A stretch of DNA of 64,000 bases, taken from the IMG/VR virus record IMGVR_UViG_3300024344_000002, positions 9,325 to 73,324 of that record, one strand, 5' to 3'. Of this stretch, positions 10,301 through 19,242 are shown in pieces. Below the pieces are notes generated by a model. It made no database searches. It had not been told where the DNA came from and saw only the letters and a program-made list of their open reading frames with translations. Numbering within the stretch: position 1 is the first letter of the stretch; each line of letters starts with the position of its first letter. This stretch comes from a virus. Both the position numbers and the translations under genes were made by a program.

Positions 10301-10819
10301 ACAAATGCAACCACCGCAATGAGTGGAGATACTCTTACAGTTAATGTAGATGATGCTTTCCTAAAAAACAATGCTGACGACACTACTAGCGGCACTGTTA
10401 CTATGGCTAATCTCATAATTGGAGATGGTGGAAACATTGGATCTGCTAGTGATACAGACGCAGTGGCTATATCTGCTGGTGGAGTTGTTACTTTAGCTAC
10501 AGCTCTTAAGACTACTCTTAAGTCAAATACTGATGCGTCTACTGTGACATTTGATCTAAATGTAGCTAACACACACACAGTTACTCTAGGCGACAATAGA
10601 ACCTTAGCTATATCAAATGAAACTGCTGGACAAAAGTTTATTATTAATCTGGTCCAAGACGGAACTGGTAGCCGAACAGTAACTTGGTTTGGCACAATCA
10701 AATGGGCTGGTGGATCTGCTCCAACCTTAACTACAACTGCTGACAAAGCAGATAGTTTTGGATTTTTATGTACAGGATCAGATGCTTATTATGGCTTTGT
10801 TATAGGTCAAAACATATAA
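7316..10819 (+). CDS. Long repetitive fibre protein (1167 aa)
   Basis: N-terminus MALVIKDRVKETTTTTGTGT, T/G/D-rich repeats, and a C-terminal QDGTGSRTVTW...WAGGSAPTLTT tip domain. Confidence 0.75.
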   Translation: MALVIKDRVKETTTTTGTGTINLAGAASGFQSFVSGVGDGNTTYYVIEDANGTAWEVGIGTITDASPDTLARTTVLASTNSNSQINLSSGTHTVFGTYPAGKAVYLDASGNLSHTVALTTDTSGNYVATITGGTGITSTGATSGEGIAHSLSVDASQTQITAVGTIATGTWQGTAIAQAYIANDAINGDKIADDAVNSEHYAAGSIDEEHLNATNTPTDNYVLSYDDASGGFTWVAAGAGEANEYSFKTISVSGQDDVVADTTTDTLTLTAGSNVTITTTAASDTVTIAATDTNTQLSQEQVEDFVGGMLGGTETLITVTYQDGTGDIDFVVDNDLSNYDNSSSGFITATLTEEQVEDFVGGMLGGTETGITVTYQDGTGDIDFVVSDTTVAGDSGSTGITPGDTLTIAGGTNVTTAMSGDTLTITATDNNTTYTGGTNLTLDGTTFNVDDAFLKNDASDSTTGTITAGGFTTAGTLTVDSVGISTIQSSGESFADNDTSLMTSAAIDDRINSAVANEDTLAELNDTNISSAAAGHLIIYDNTASVWDNAALTAGSNISITNGDGSITIAATDTNTQLTTEQVEDIVGGMVAGNTETGITVTYEDGDGTLDFVVGTLNQDTTGNAATATALETARTINGTSFDGTANITITAAGSTLSDTVTVAKGGTGATSLTDGGILLGSGTDAITATAVLANGELLIGDNSTDPTVATLTAGSNVTITNGAGSITIASTDTNTQLTTEQVQDIAGGMFSSNTETLITATYQDADGTVDLVVDNDLSNYDNSSSGFITATLTTEQVQDIVGGMVTGNTETGIAVTYEDGDGTLDFVVGTLNQDTTGNAATATALETARTINGTSFDGTANITVTAAGSTLSDTVTVAKGGTGQTSYTNGQLLIGNTTGNTLAKSTLTAGSNVTITNGTGSITIAADNDNTQLSEEQVEDFVGGMVTGNTETGIAVTYEDGDGTLDFVVSDTTVAGDSGSTGITPGDTLTIAGGTNATTAMSGDTLTVNVDDAFLKNNADDTTSGTVTMANLIIGDGGNIGSASDTDAVAISAGGVVTLATALKTTLKSNTDASTVTFDLNVANTHTVTLGDNRTLAISNETAGQKFIINLVQDGTGSRTVTWFGTIKWAGGSAPTLTTTADKADSFGFLCTGSDAYYGFVIGQNI
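8190..10370 (+). repeat. Internal module repeats in the fibre gene
   Basis: Six copies of EQV(E/Q)D..GGM..TET.I.(V/A)TY.D..G..D.VV. Two copies each of DNDLSNYDNSSSGFITATL, GTLNQDTTGNAATATALETARTINGTSFDGTANIT and VAGDSGSTGITPGDTLTIAGGTN. Confidence 0.9.
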
Positions 10820-10820
10820 G

Positions 10821-11459
10821 ATGAAACCTAAAAAGTGTGCTTTAGTAAGCACGCCTAGAGCGGGTACACATTATTTAAGAATGAGTTTGGACAACCATCC
10901 AAAAGTTAGATGGGGAGGAGAACTTTTTAGACCAGAAGTAAAGTGGTCAAAAGAAGAAGAGGAAATAAGAAGTTATATCTATGACGATGTATCTTTTGAA
11001 AATATAAATAGCTTTAATTATATTGGTTTTGTTTGGCATTTGTGTCTTGAGAGCGATTTATCGCCATCTAATGTAGACAAGTTCATTTTATTAAAAAGGA
11101 GAAACAGTTTACTTCAAATGGCATCACTTCTTATAGCAAGTGAAACTGGTAATTGGAGAGACACTAAAGCGACCGAAAAAATAAAGCTAAATATAGCACA
11201 ACTGGAATGGTTTATAGAACGTCAAGAAAACTATTACAAAAACTTTGAAAGTTGGCAAGTAGAACACAAAGTAGTTTTTTATGAAGATCTTTGTAATTCG
11301 TTTGAAGAAACAATAAGATCAATACAAGAATACTTGGAATTGGACTACTGTAGGTTAGAACCTGCTAAACTAATAAAACAGGAAACAAGACCGCTACAAA
11401 AAATTATATCCAACTACGAGGAAGTCAAATGGATTTTGCAAGATATGAATTTACTTTGA
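10821..11459 (+). CDS. PAPS-dependent sulfotransferase (Stf0-like)
   Basis: 5'-PSB loop TPRAGTHYL, 3'-PB motif RRNSLLQMAS, and VFYEDL. Confidence 0.8.
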   Translation: MKPKKCALVSTPRAGTHYLRMSLDNHPKVRWGGELFRPEVKWSKEEEEIRSYIYDDVSFENINSFNYIGFVWHLCLESDLSPSNVDKFILLKRRNSLLQMASLLIASETGNWRDTKATEKIKLNIAQLEWFIERQENYYKNFESWQVEHKVVFYEDLCNSFEETIRSIQEYLELDYCRLEPAKLIKQETRPLQKIISNYEEVKWILQDMNLL

Positions 11460-12049
11460 ATTGCGATCATCCTGAGTGGTTAACAGATATAAGACATATA
11501 AATATTATATATGAATTTTTGATGGCAAATGATTTCCAAAGAGTCCTTGAAATAGGTTCGTATTCTGGGGTTTCGACTGCTGCTTTTATTGAAGCTATGA
11601 ATCAAGGTAAAGATTTCAAGTTTCATATCTCTGAGCCTAACCCGACAAGACAATTACAAGCTTTGATTTCGATGTGCAAAAAGCCCGATAATATTATTCT
11701 GCACACACAGTCAGGTGAAGATGTTTTGAGCTACTGGAGAGACTTTAACTTTGTTTTTGTAGACGGTAGTCATGATTTAGAAGGCGCTGGTGCAGAACTG
11801 TTAATGATTCTCAGACATAGTATTCCAAACGTTATGGCTCACGATACAAACCTTTCTGAAATAAAAAGCGACTATTGTGGAAGAGGTACTGAGCTACTAT
11901 CTAGAGTATTTAAGTCACATAAAGATTACTACTGGATAGAAGATAAAAAAGAAAGACCCAACGAAAGAACAGATAGAGGATTTTTGTTTGCAACTAGAGA
12001 AAAAGAGAAATACAACAAAACAACAAAGATATTTGAAAAGCTATGTTAA
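11429..12049 (+). CDS. Class I SAM-dependent methyltransferase (Methyltransf_24-like)
   Basis: Motifs VLEIGSYSGVST, FVFVDGSH and MAHDT. Confidence 0.8.
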   Translation: MDFARYEFTLNCDHPEWLTDIRHINIIYEFLMANDFQRVLEIGSYSGVSTAAFIEAMNQGKDFKFHISEPNPTRQLQALISMCKKPDNIILHTQSGEDVLSYWRDFNFVFVDGSHDLEGAGAELLMILRHSIPNVMAHDTNLSEIKSDYCGRGTELLSRVFKSHKDYYWIEDKKERPNERTDRGFLFATREKEKYNKTTKIFEKLC

Positions 12050-12723
12050 TATATTTGACTGATATTAAACAGATGCCTAAGTGGACTAAAATACACGGAA
12101 CTTTAGAGGAGATTTTTGACTACGGCTCTAAACAAGGACATAAAGATATACAACACTTAAAACTTTTTGGTCTTCATAAAGATGAAAAGCGAGATGTAAG
12201 ACATAACATTTATCATCCGATAGATTACGTTTCTCATAATGTTAGGACAGTGATAGGAGAGTTTGACTCAATAGAACACTTAGATAAATTTAGACCAGAT
12301 AATTCAAGAGTAGTAAGGGAACTAGATAGAGAAAATAATGTCTCTATAATGAAAGTAAAATTTCCAATAATGCAACAGAAGCATAAAGATTATTGCGATG
12401 ATGCATATACAAATAAACTATTTAACAAATTAAGTAAAGACGAAAGAATACTTTTTTGTTATGTGACAACTAGCGGAAAGGGCATAAGGTTCGGTTTTAA
12501 GTTAAACGAAAGAGTAGAGAGTGATTTGGAGTACATTTCAAATTACTACTTTTACGGTAAGGAGTTCTTAAAGCACGATGAGGAAAACAGGTTTGGCATT
12601 GAGCATAATGCTAGTAGTACAGGTAGTTTTTATGAGCTTGGCAATGTCGCTAGCGTATATTGGTTCTTACCTAATACAGATAAGTGGCATGTTAGAAACT
12701 CTGTAGAACTTAAAAAATTATAA
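12043..12723 (+). CDS. Hypothetical protein resembling the VirE_N/BT4734 primase-polymerase domain
   Basis: VIGEFDSI and LSKDERILFCYVTTSGKGIRFGFKL resemble the VirE_N hhhDhD and F.SPSG.GLK motifs. Confidence 0.4.
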   Translation: MLIYLTDIKQMPKWTKIHGTLEEIFDYGSKQGHKDIQHLKLFGLHKDEKRDVRHNIYHPIDYVSHNVRTVIGEFDSIEHLDKFRPDNSRVVRELDRENNVSIMKVKFPIMQQKHKDYCDDAYTNKLFNKLSKDERILFCYVTTSGKGIRFGFKLNERVESDLEYISNYYFYGKEFLKHDEENRFGIEHNASSTGSFYELGNVASVYWFLPNTDKWHVRNSVELKKL

Positions 12724-13310
12724 TGGATTATAAATTTACGGAAGATTGGTTTTCTGAAAACAACCCAGAAAAAGTAGTTCGTCAATTTGACGAGTTTTTA
12801 TCTGAGTTCAAGGATAAACCTTCGACATTTCTTGAGATTGGATCTTTCGAGGGGATGTCAACTATATGGATGTTAGAAAATATACTAACAAACAAAGAGT
12901 CAAGACTTTTTTGTATTGATGCTTGGGCTGAATGGACTGAAGATGCCTTTGTAAGATTTGTAGAAAATATAAATAAAACAGGACTTAAAGACAAAGTCCG
13001 TATTGTCAAAGGAGATTCTTCAGAGGAGTTAAGAATATTTCCAAAAGAATACTTTGATTTCATCTATGTAGATGGAGATCATGACGAAAAGGCTGTTATC
13101 AAAGATGTGATAGGATCTTTTAGAGTTTTGAAAAAGGGAGGAATAATAGCTTTTGACGATTATTTATTAGGAATAAGGTATCCAAATAGTCCCGGATCAA
13201 AGGCTATGAATGGGTCAACAAAAAAAGCAATTGATTATTTTCTTGATGTATTTCAAGATGAACTTGAAATTATACACAAAGATTATCAGGTGTGGATCAG
13301 AAAGAAATGA
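12723..13310 (+). CDS. Class I SAM-dependent methyltransferase (Methyltransf_24-like)
   Basis: Motifs FTEDWF, FLEIGSFEGMS, FDFIYVDGDH and LKKGGIIAFDDY. Confidence 0.85.
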   Translation: MDYKFTEDWFSENNPEKVVRQFDEFLSEFKDKPSTFLEIGSFEGMSTIWMLENILTNKESRLFCIDAWAEWTEDAFVRFVENINKTGLKDKVRIVKGDSSEELRIFPKEYFDFIYVDGDHDEKAVIKDVIGSFRVLKKGGIIAFDDYLLGIRYPNSPGSKAMNGSTKKAIDYFLDVFQDELEIIHKDYQVWIRKK

Positions 13311-14071
13311 AGATAGCAATAGCACAACTATATACAGAAAGTCTTGACGATTGGGCTTATATAGCCGTAGATAATAAACAAAAATACTGTAGACTGCATG
13401 GATATGACTTAGTCAATAGAAGAGGACTTTATAATACTAAGCTTGATGTAAGACATCCTAGTTGGCATAGCGTCAAATTAATATTAGAAATTTTAGAAAC
13501 TTCAAATGTGGATTGGGTTTTTTGGTCTGATGTGGATGCGTTAGTAATGGATTACACGGTAAAGCTAGAAAGCTTTATTAAACCTAAATATGATATGGTA
13601 ATACCAGATCAAGGACAGGGGGAATACTGCGGAATAAAAACTAACAGTTGTCTTTGTTGCGGTCACTACTTTGTAAAAAACACAGAGTGGTCAAAACAAT
13701 TTTTAAAAACTCTTTGGCGATGGCCACAGGGAGAATTTGAAAAATATAAAGAAGAGAACTATTGGGAGCAATGTGGCATGAACTATCTCTATAATAAAAA
13801 TGAGATGGATTTTGATAAACATGTTTATATAGAGTCAAGAAACAGAGCATTTAACTCATTTTATTACCAGACAAAAGATGGAGATCCAATGGAGTTTTGT
13901 CAATGGGGTGAGGGATGGTTCAGAACAGAAAAATCACAAAAAGCTTTGGATGATGGCTTGGGGTCTTCCTATGTTAAAGGTGATTTCATAGTTCATTTTG
14001 CAGGAGCGCATTGCATCCCTCAAAGAAAAGAACTCATGGAAAAATATTCAGAGAAAGTAAAATGGAACTAA
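13307..14071 (+). CDS. GT34-like glycosyltransferase (GMA12/MNN10 type)
   Basis: Motifs NKQKYCRLHGY, HPSW, DWVFWSDVDAL (DxD), WEQ and DFIVHFAG. Start placed at the ATG overlapping the upstream stop (ATGA). Confidence 0.8.
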   Translation: MKIAIAQLYTESLDDWAYIAVDNKQKYCRLHGYDLVNRRGLYNTKLDVRHPSWHSVKLILEILETSNVDWVFWSDVDALVMDYTVKLESFIKPKYDMVIPDQGQGEYCGIKTNSCLCCGHYFVKNTEWSKQFLKTLWRWPQGEFEKYKEENYWEQCGMNYLYNKNEMDFDKHVYIESRNRAFNSFYYQTKDGDPMEFCQWGEGWFRTEKSQKALDDGLGSSYVKGDFIVHFAGAHCIPQRKELMEKYSEKVKWN

Positions 14072-14889
14072 TAGTAAAAATTAAATCCGATGGGTCTAAC
14101 CCGCGATATCAAGACGGCGACGTAGTTGATGCCATGTCTCTTGATCGTATTTATTTAGCTCATGCAGAGATGATATGCCATCCTAATAACTTTGGTTTTA
14201 ATACTAATGGGACTAGAGACTTAAATACTTTATTTCAGAAGTTTCAAGAGGCTACTCATATTTATAAGTTTGAGAGAGTTAATAGCAATGATGTTAAAAG
14301 AACTAATCTATTAACTAGTGAAGAAGATATTCTTAACACTATCCCAAATGCAGACGGCGAGGCTATCAATGCATACAAATATATATCTAGGAGACTTAAA
14401 AGCCCTAGACACAAAATATTTGGGCCTAGTGGTAGTGAAATATGGTATGGCAAAATGAGAAGTGACGCTGAGGTTTTTATTCCAGTAGTTTGGAATCATA
14501 TAGAGACCGAAAGCGATAATTTGCAAAGTGGTCATAATAGCTGGCCTTTTACAGACCTAGAAAAAAGACATTTTATCTGCATTAACACTTCGGGAAGAAA
14601 CTATGATGGCGATTCCTTTACTAGAGTTGAACTTTCTGGAGATACAGTCACCACTAGGGCTTTACCTGCTGTAGAAGATCCTCCAGAAGATCCCTCAGAA
14701 GATTATAGCCCTGTTATTCTAGCTAAAAGAAAGTGGTTTGTTCCATATTGGGACTTAAGCACAGAGCTTGGAAGTTCTGTAGATGATTTAAGAAATCCAG
14801 ATCATATGTGTGATTGTAGAAAAGCAATGGACGAAAGAGAGCATATTGATATTTTGACTTATGACAAAGTCTCAGAAGGAGTATTGTAA
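14062..14889 (+). CDS. Hypothetical protein
   Basis: Long ORF with normal codon usage, overlapping both neighbours. Start placed at ATG 14062 (MELIVK). Confidence 0.6.
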   Translation: MELIVKIKSDGSNPRYQDGDVVDAMSLDRIYLAHAEMICHPNNFGFNTNGTRDLNTLFQKFQEATHIYKFERVNSNDVKRTNLLTSEEDILNTIPNADGEAINAYKYISRRLKSPRHKIFGPSGSEIWYGKMRSDAEVFIPVVWNHIETESDNLQSGHNSWPFTDLEKRHFICINTSGRNYDGDSFTRVELSGDTVTTRALPAVEDPPEDPSEDYSPVILAKRKWFVPYWDLSTELGSSVDDLRNPDHMCDCRKAMDEREHIDILTYDKVSEGVL

Positions 14890-16010
14890 TGGCTACCGTA
14901 ACAAAAAGTATAGGAACAAGCTCCAGAGATTACTCTACTATTAATGCATGGGAAGCAGATTTAAATAGCGGTACTATATATTCAAACGGAGATACTGCTG
15001 TTGGTGAAATGTATGCAGACTCTACTTTTACAGGTGCTACTAGCACTATAGAAAACGGAAGTGCGATAGGTGGTAGCTCTGGACATGATCTTGCATTAAT
15101 TAAGCTCACCGTCCATGCAGACAGTAGGCATGATGGAACAGCGGAGAGTGGAGCGTTATTAAAACCGACAGCTGATTCTGGTCATAACCAAGGCATTATT
15201 AGAATAAATGTAGATAATGTAATAGTTGAATGGTTAGATATAAGCTTAGACAGTTTAGACTCTAAGAATACTAATAAGGCAATAGTCCTTACGGGGACTA
15301 ACGATGATTGCATTCTTAGGAATATACTGATTCATGACAAAGGAGGAAACCCCGGAGGTACTGGCCCATTCATGATCCATCTACTCGGAGCAGGTGCTTC
15401 TAGTGATACGCTGACTATTCAGAATAATATTATCTATAACATAGTTGAAGGTAGCGGCGATAATGCCGCCGCCATGCTTTTAAATCTATGGGCTGGTACT
15501 GTGAATGTATATAACAATACCATATATAATATAGAATCTCAGGGTGGTTCTAAAGTAGCTATTGGAATTAGAAGCGCCCACACTAGCGGTTCTACATCAA
15601 ATGTTAAAAACAATATAGTCGCAAAACTAGTTTCCGCAGCATCAAATGGAGAAAGAGCTTTTGAGGATGGAATAGCCAATGGGAGTGCTGGAACTTTCAA
15701 TGAAGCTTATAACCTGTCAGATGACACGTCGGCAACCGCATACGATGCCCGTGGAACAGGGTCTCTCGCAAATAAAACACTAGCTGAAATAAGTTTTGTT
15801 TCAACTACTGGCGGCTCAGAAGATCTTCATATAGATGCAGATTCGGATTGCGTGGACGCTGGAGTAGACTTAGGAACTACTAACGGCGTAGAGATAGATA
15901 TTAATGGGAGAAACAGAGACTCCAATGGAGACACTTGGGATATTGGCGCACATGAGTTTGTAGCAGATGCTGACACTACTGGCGCTGCATTCATTATGTT
16001 TGTGGACTAA
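14889..16010 (+). CDS. Right-handed beta-helix (pectin-lyase-fold) virion protein
   Basis: RDYSTINAWEADL N-terminus, IQNNIIYN / VYNNTIYN / VKNNIV stacks, and C-terminal DINGRNR...WDIGAHEF. Confidence 0.7.
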   Translation: MATVTKSIGTSSRDYSTINAWEADLNSGTIYSNGDTAVGEMYADSTFTGATSTIENGSAIGGSSGHDLALIKLTVHADSRHDGTAESGALLKPTADSGHNQGIIRINVDNVIVEWLDISLDSLDSKNTNKAIVLTGTNDDCILRNILIHDKGGNPGGTGPFMIHLLGAGASSDTLTIQNNIIYNIVEGSGDNAAAMLLNLWAGTVNVYNNTIYNIESQGGSKVAIGIRSAHTSGSTSNVKNNIVAKLVSAASNGERAFEDGIANGSAGTFNEAYNLSDDTSATAYDARGTGSLANKTLAEISFVSTTGGSEDLHIDADSDCVDAGVDLGTTNGVEIDINGRNRDSNGDTWDIGAHEFVADADTTGAAFIMFVD

Positions 16011-16808
16011 ATGGAAAAAAATATAACCATAATAATACAAGGGCCTCTTTGCGAAGATGGATTAAGACCAATAAAGCATTATCAAAGCTTTGGTAATGTG
16101 GTCGTTTCTTGCTGGAATACAGATCAACCTCACCTAACCACTAAAATACCTAAAGAAGCTAGACTTGCTATAAACAAATACAAGCAAAATATTGGCTATA
16201 ATTTTCAAAACATAAAATATCAAATACAAACAACACTTGCGGGCTTAGACCTTTGCAAAACAGGATATGCAATCAAAGTAAGATCAGATGAGTATTTTAC
16301 AGACATATTTAAAATTGTTGAGTCTATAAAAGAAAACCCAGACAAGCTTACTGTCTCAAACTTCTTTTTTAGAAAAGATGTTCTTTTCCATCCGTCAGAT
16401 CATATTATTGGGGGAAAGGCTGAAAACATAAGGCATATGTTTGAAAATGCTCTTGAGTTCATAAAAGACTTTGAAGCAAACCAAATAGTCACTATAGAAG
16501 AAATTGGATTAGATAGAGCCTACACTTTTTCTGTTTTAACTGCCGAGATAGTATTTTGTTTGTCTTACTTAAAAAGTAAGGGAGTTGATGTAATATCTGA
16601 TGTTAAGGGAATGAAGCCAGAAGAAGTGTATATATATCATAGAGAGATTGTCAAGGAAAACTACTCACTTGTAAGAGCTTCAGACTTAGGCCATTTTTTG
16701 ATGAGGTTTAAGAGCAACCCGAACCCATATGGGCCTACAGCTTTTACTAACGAAGACGACTTTTTAGGATATGAAATCGGTTCAATAAAATCCTTAGAAG
16801 AGTTGTAA
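16011..16808 (+). CDS. wavE: WavE-like LPS/glycan synthesis protein
   Basis: Motifs ITIIIQGP, QIQTTLAGL, YAIKVRSDE and FHPSDHIIGG. Confidence 0.7.
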   Translation: MEKNITIIIQGPLCEDGLRPIKHYQSFGNVVVSCWNTDQPHLTTKIPKEARLAINKYKQNIGYNFQNIKYQIQTTLAGLDLCKTGYAIKVRSDEYFTDIFKIVESIKENPDKLTVSNFFFRKDVLFHPSDHIIGGKAENIRHMFENALEFIKDFEANQIVTIEEIGLDRAYTFSVLTAEIVFCLSYLKSKGVDVISDVKGMKPEEVYIYHREIVKENYSLVRASDLGHFLMRFKSNPNPYGPTAFTNEDDFLGYEIGSIKSLEEL

Positions 16809-16809
16809 T

Positions 16810-18411
16810 ATGCTTAGTTTTCATGCTGTAAGTGAGCATCCTATATCCAGCATCCCCGCTGTTGGTGTAGAACGCACAGGTGCTAGTTCTCTAAGTGCAG
16901 CTGGAAGTGTTTCTTCTAGTGGCATAGTGCAAATTGCTGCTGTATCTTCTGCATCTTCTTCTGCTTCTACTTCTATCTCTCAAGAATTGCAGATAGCTGC
17001 CAAATCTTCTTTAAGCAGTTCGGTTTCTTTATCTGCATCGGGAATAAAGACTAGCACAGCATCTGCGTCTTTGTCTTGTTCTGGAGCAACTCTTTCTGTT
17101 GGCGTCAAAGATATATTTGGCTCTACGTCAATGAGTTGTTCTGCCTCTGTTTCTTCTAAGTTAGTTGGAACTTGCATACTAGAATCAAGAATGACAAATG
17201 GTTCCACTACGAGTGGATCAGGAGCTTTGGTACATCCGGGGCTTTCTTCTTTGTCAACTTCTTCTTCAGTTTCTGGTTCTTCCGTTATGGTGAACACTGG
17301 TGCTGCCAGCATAGAAACTGATGGAGCTATAGTTTCAGCATTGGTGGGTGATCAATTACTTGCCTCTATAATCAGCGGGCCATCATCTGTAACAGCATCG
17401 CCTTCTTTACATATTGGCGCAGTAGATGCTTTATCTGGAACTTGTTCTGTTTCTTCAAATGGAATTGTAGACAAGCTTGGTCAATCCTCTTTGTCATCAA
17501 GCATTTCTACTTCTGTATCTGGAATAGTTAATATAGCTTCCTTGTCTTCGCTCAGTTGTTCAGCGTCGATGACTTCTACATCTGTATCTGACCTTGTTGC
17601 CGCTTCTCTTACAATAGGATCTGCAAGTTTTAGTTCAGATGGATTTGTTGAAATAGGATCTACATCTTCTATTGCATGTGCTGGAACTACTCTAAGCGTA
17701 GGTGTAAATGAAACATCAGGATCTGCTAGTTTATCTTCTTCGGTTTCTGTAAGTGGAAAATTAGTAGGAACTGCACTTATAAAAAGTTCCCTTAGCTCTA
17801 GTGTTTCTACTAGCAATGCCCCAGAACTTACAATTAAATCTGTTTCTTCACTATCATCTTCTGGGTCTTTGTCCAGTGATGGTGTTGTAAATAAACTTGG
17901 ACAGTCGCATATATCCAGCGGAAATCCATATACGACAGGGTTTGATTTTGGGTTTAATGGAGGTACTTCTGTTATAGCCCACGCTACTGTTAGGCAGAAT
18001 CATTTAGATTGCTTTGCAACGCTTTCTTCTAGTGGTATGCTTGAACAGTCTAACAAATCATCACTATCAACTTCTGTGTCTGTAGATTTTAGTCATGCTT
18101 TAGTTGCTACTCTCAAAAGTACGGCATTTTTAACTGGAAACAGTGTATTATCTAATAGAGCAATTGCTCATTTGCAGGCTATTAGCAGTATACAGCCTAT
18201 ACTTTCTACGGATTATGATAATCCTGACATAGTATCAGTTACGTTGTATATTGATAAAGGATTACTCATAACTGGCAATATAAACAAGGTAAAAGATATT
18301 GCTGGCTATATAGATAAACAAAGATCAATAACTGCGACGATAGATAAAAGCAGCGGAATGACAGGCTATATAGATAAAATAGTAGAAAAAACACTTGTCA
18401 GAGAAAGATAA
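16810..18411 (+). CDS. Ser-rich repetitive virion protein
   Basis: MLSFHAVSEHPISS N-terminus, roughly 20-aa Ser-rich repeats, and five C-terminal I(D/N)K repeats at 10-aa spacing. Confidence 0.6.
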   Translation: MLSFHAVSEHPISSIPAVGVERTGASSLSAAGSVSSSGIVQIAAVSSASSSASTSISQELQIAAKSSLSSSVSLSASGIKTSTASASLSCSGATLSVGVKDIFGSTSMSCSASVSSKLVGTCILESRMTNGSTTSGSGALVHPGLSSLSTSSSVSGSSVMVNTGAASIETDGAIVSALVGDQLLASIISGPSSVTASPSLHIGAVDALSGTCSVSSNGIVDKLGQSSLSSSISTSVSGIVNIASLSSLSCSASMTSTSVSDLVAASLTIGSASFSSDGFVEIGSTSSIACAGTTLSVGVNETSGSASLSSSVSVSGKLVGTALIKSSLSSSVSTSNAPELTIKSVSSLSSSGSLSSDGVVNKLGQSHISSGNPYTTGFDFGFNGGTSVIAHATVRQNHLDCFATLSSSGMLEQSNKSSLSTSVSVDFSHALVATLKSTAFLTGNSVLSNRAIAHLQAISSIQPILSTDYDNPDIVSVTLYIDKGLLITGNINKVKDIAGYIDKQRSITATIDKSSGMTGYIDKIVEKTLVRER

Positions 18412-18413
18412 AC

Positions 18414-18722
18414 ATGGCCGCTAACGAAATTCACGTAAATGACATTGGAACACAGTTCTTAGTAACCGTACAAGATGGGTCTAGTGCTGTTGATATTTCA
18501 AGTTCTTCAACCAAGCAAATAATAATCAAGAAACCATCTGGAGCAAAGATCACCGGATCAGCGGTGTTTAGCAGCGACGGAACAGATGGAAAGATGTATT
18601 ACAACACTGTATCTGGAGACTTAGACGAAGCTGGGTCTTACAAGATTCAAGGAAAAGTCATCGTATCTGATGGTACTTTTTATACAGACATAACCAGCTT
18701 CAAAGTCCACAGAAATCTATAG
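18414..18722 (+). CDS. BppU N-terminal-like Ig-fold virion protein
   Basis: NDIGTQFLVTVQDG..AVDIS, IKKPSG, DGKMYY and GDLDEAGSY. Confidence 0.6.
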   Translation: MAANEIHVNDIGTQFLVTVQDGSSAVDISSSSTKQIIIKKPSGAKITGSAVFSSDGTDGKMYYNTVSGDLDEAGSYKIQGKVIVSDGTFYTDITSFKVHRNL

Positions 18723-18732
18723 GAGATGATAA

Positions 18733-19242
18733 ATGGCTTGGCAAAATGAAATGACAGTTATTGTTCGTCACCTAGTTAATGATTTAGACTCATCGAGCTA
18801 TGAATACAATGACGACAGAGTAGAAGAATCTATTTTAGTAGCGGCACAGCTATCTTCTTTAGAAATAGACTTTGAAAGTGTCTATACAGTAGATGTAGAT
18901 TCGCTTAGTTTGTCCCCTGATCCTACTGATTCAACAAACAAAGATGATTCTTTTATCAACCTTGTTTGTTTAAAAACGGCTCAAATGCTAATAGGTAGTG
19001 AATTAAAGACACATTCATTAAATGCTATTTCTTTGAGAGATGGCCCTTCTGCGTTAGATCTTAGAGGAATAGTTTCTGGTCTTAAAATTTTGTTTGACGA
19101 TATAAACAGAAGATTTGAAGAAGCTAAGACTCAATACAAACTAGATGGGGTTGTTGGTCAAGCTATACTTGGTCCATACTCTCCCGGTAGTGACGCCATA
19201 GCAAGAACACATATGAATCAAAGGTCAGGGTGGTTTGAATAA
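18733..19242 (+). CDS. Head-tail adaptor/connector-like protein
   Basis: Helical 169-aa protein (VRHLVNDLD, SLRDGPSALD) at the start of the neck genes. Confidence 0.5.
   Translation: MAWQNEMTVIVRHLVNDLDSSSYEYNDDRVEESILVAAQLSSLEIDFESVYTVDVDSLSLSPDPTDSTNKDDSFINLVCLKTAQMLIGSELKTHSLNAISLRDGPSALDLRGIVSGLKILFDDINRRFEEAKTQYKLDGVVGQAILGPYSPGSDAIARTHMNQRSGWFE

Noticed and set aside
8190-10370. CRISPR array or DGR template/variable repeat pair
   Set aside because: The repeats are in-frame protein modules differing at synonymous sites, not at adenines specifically. There are no spacers and no reverse transcriptase or cas gene in the window.
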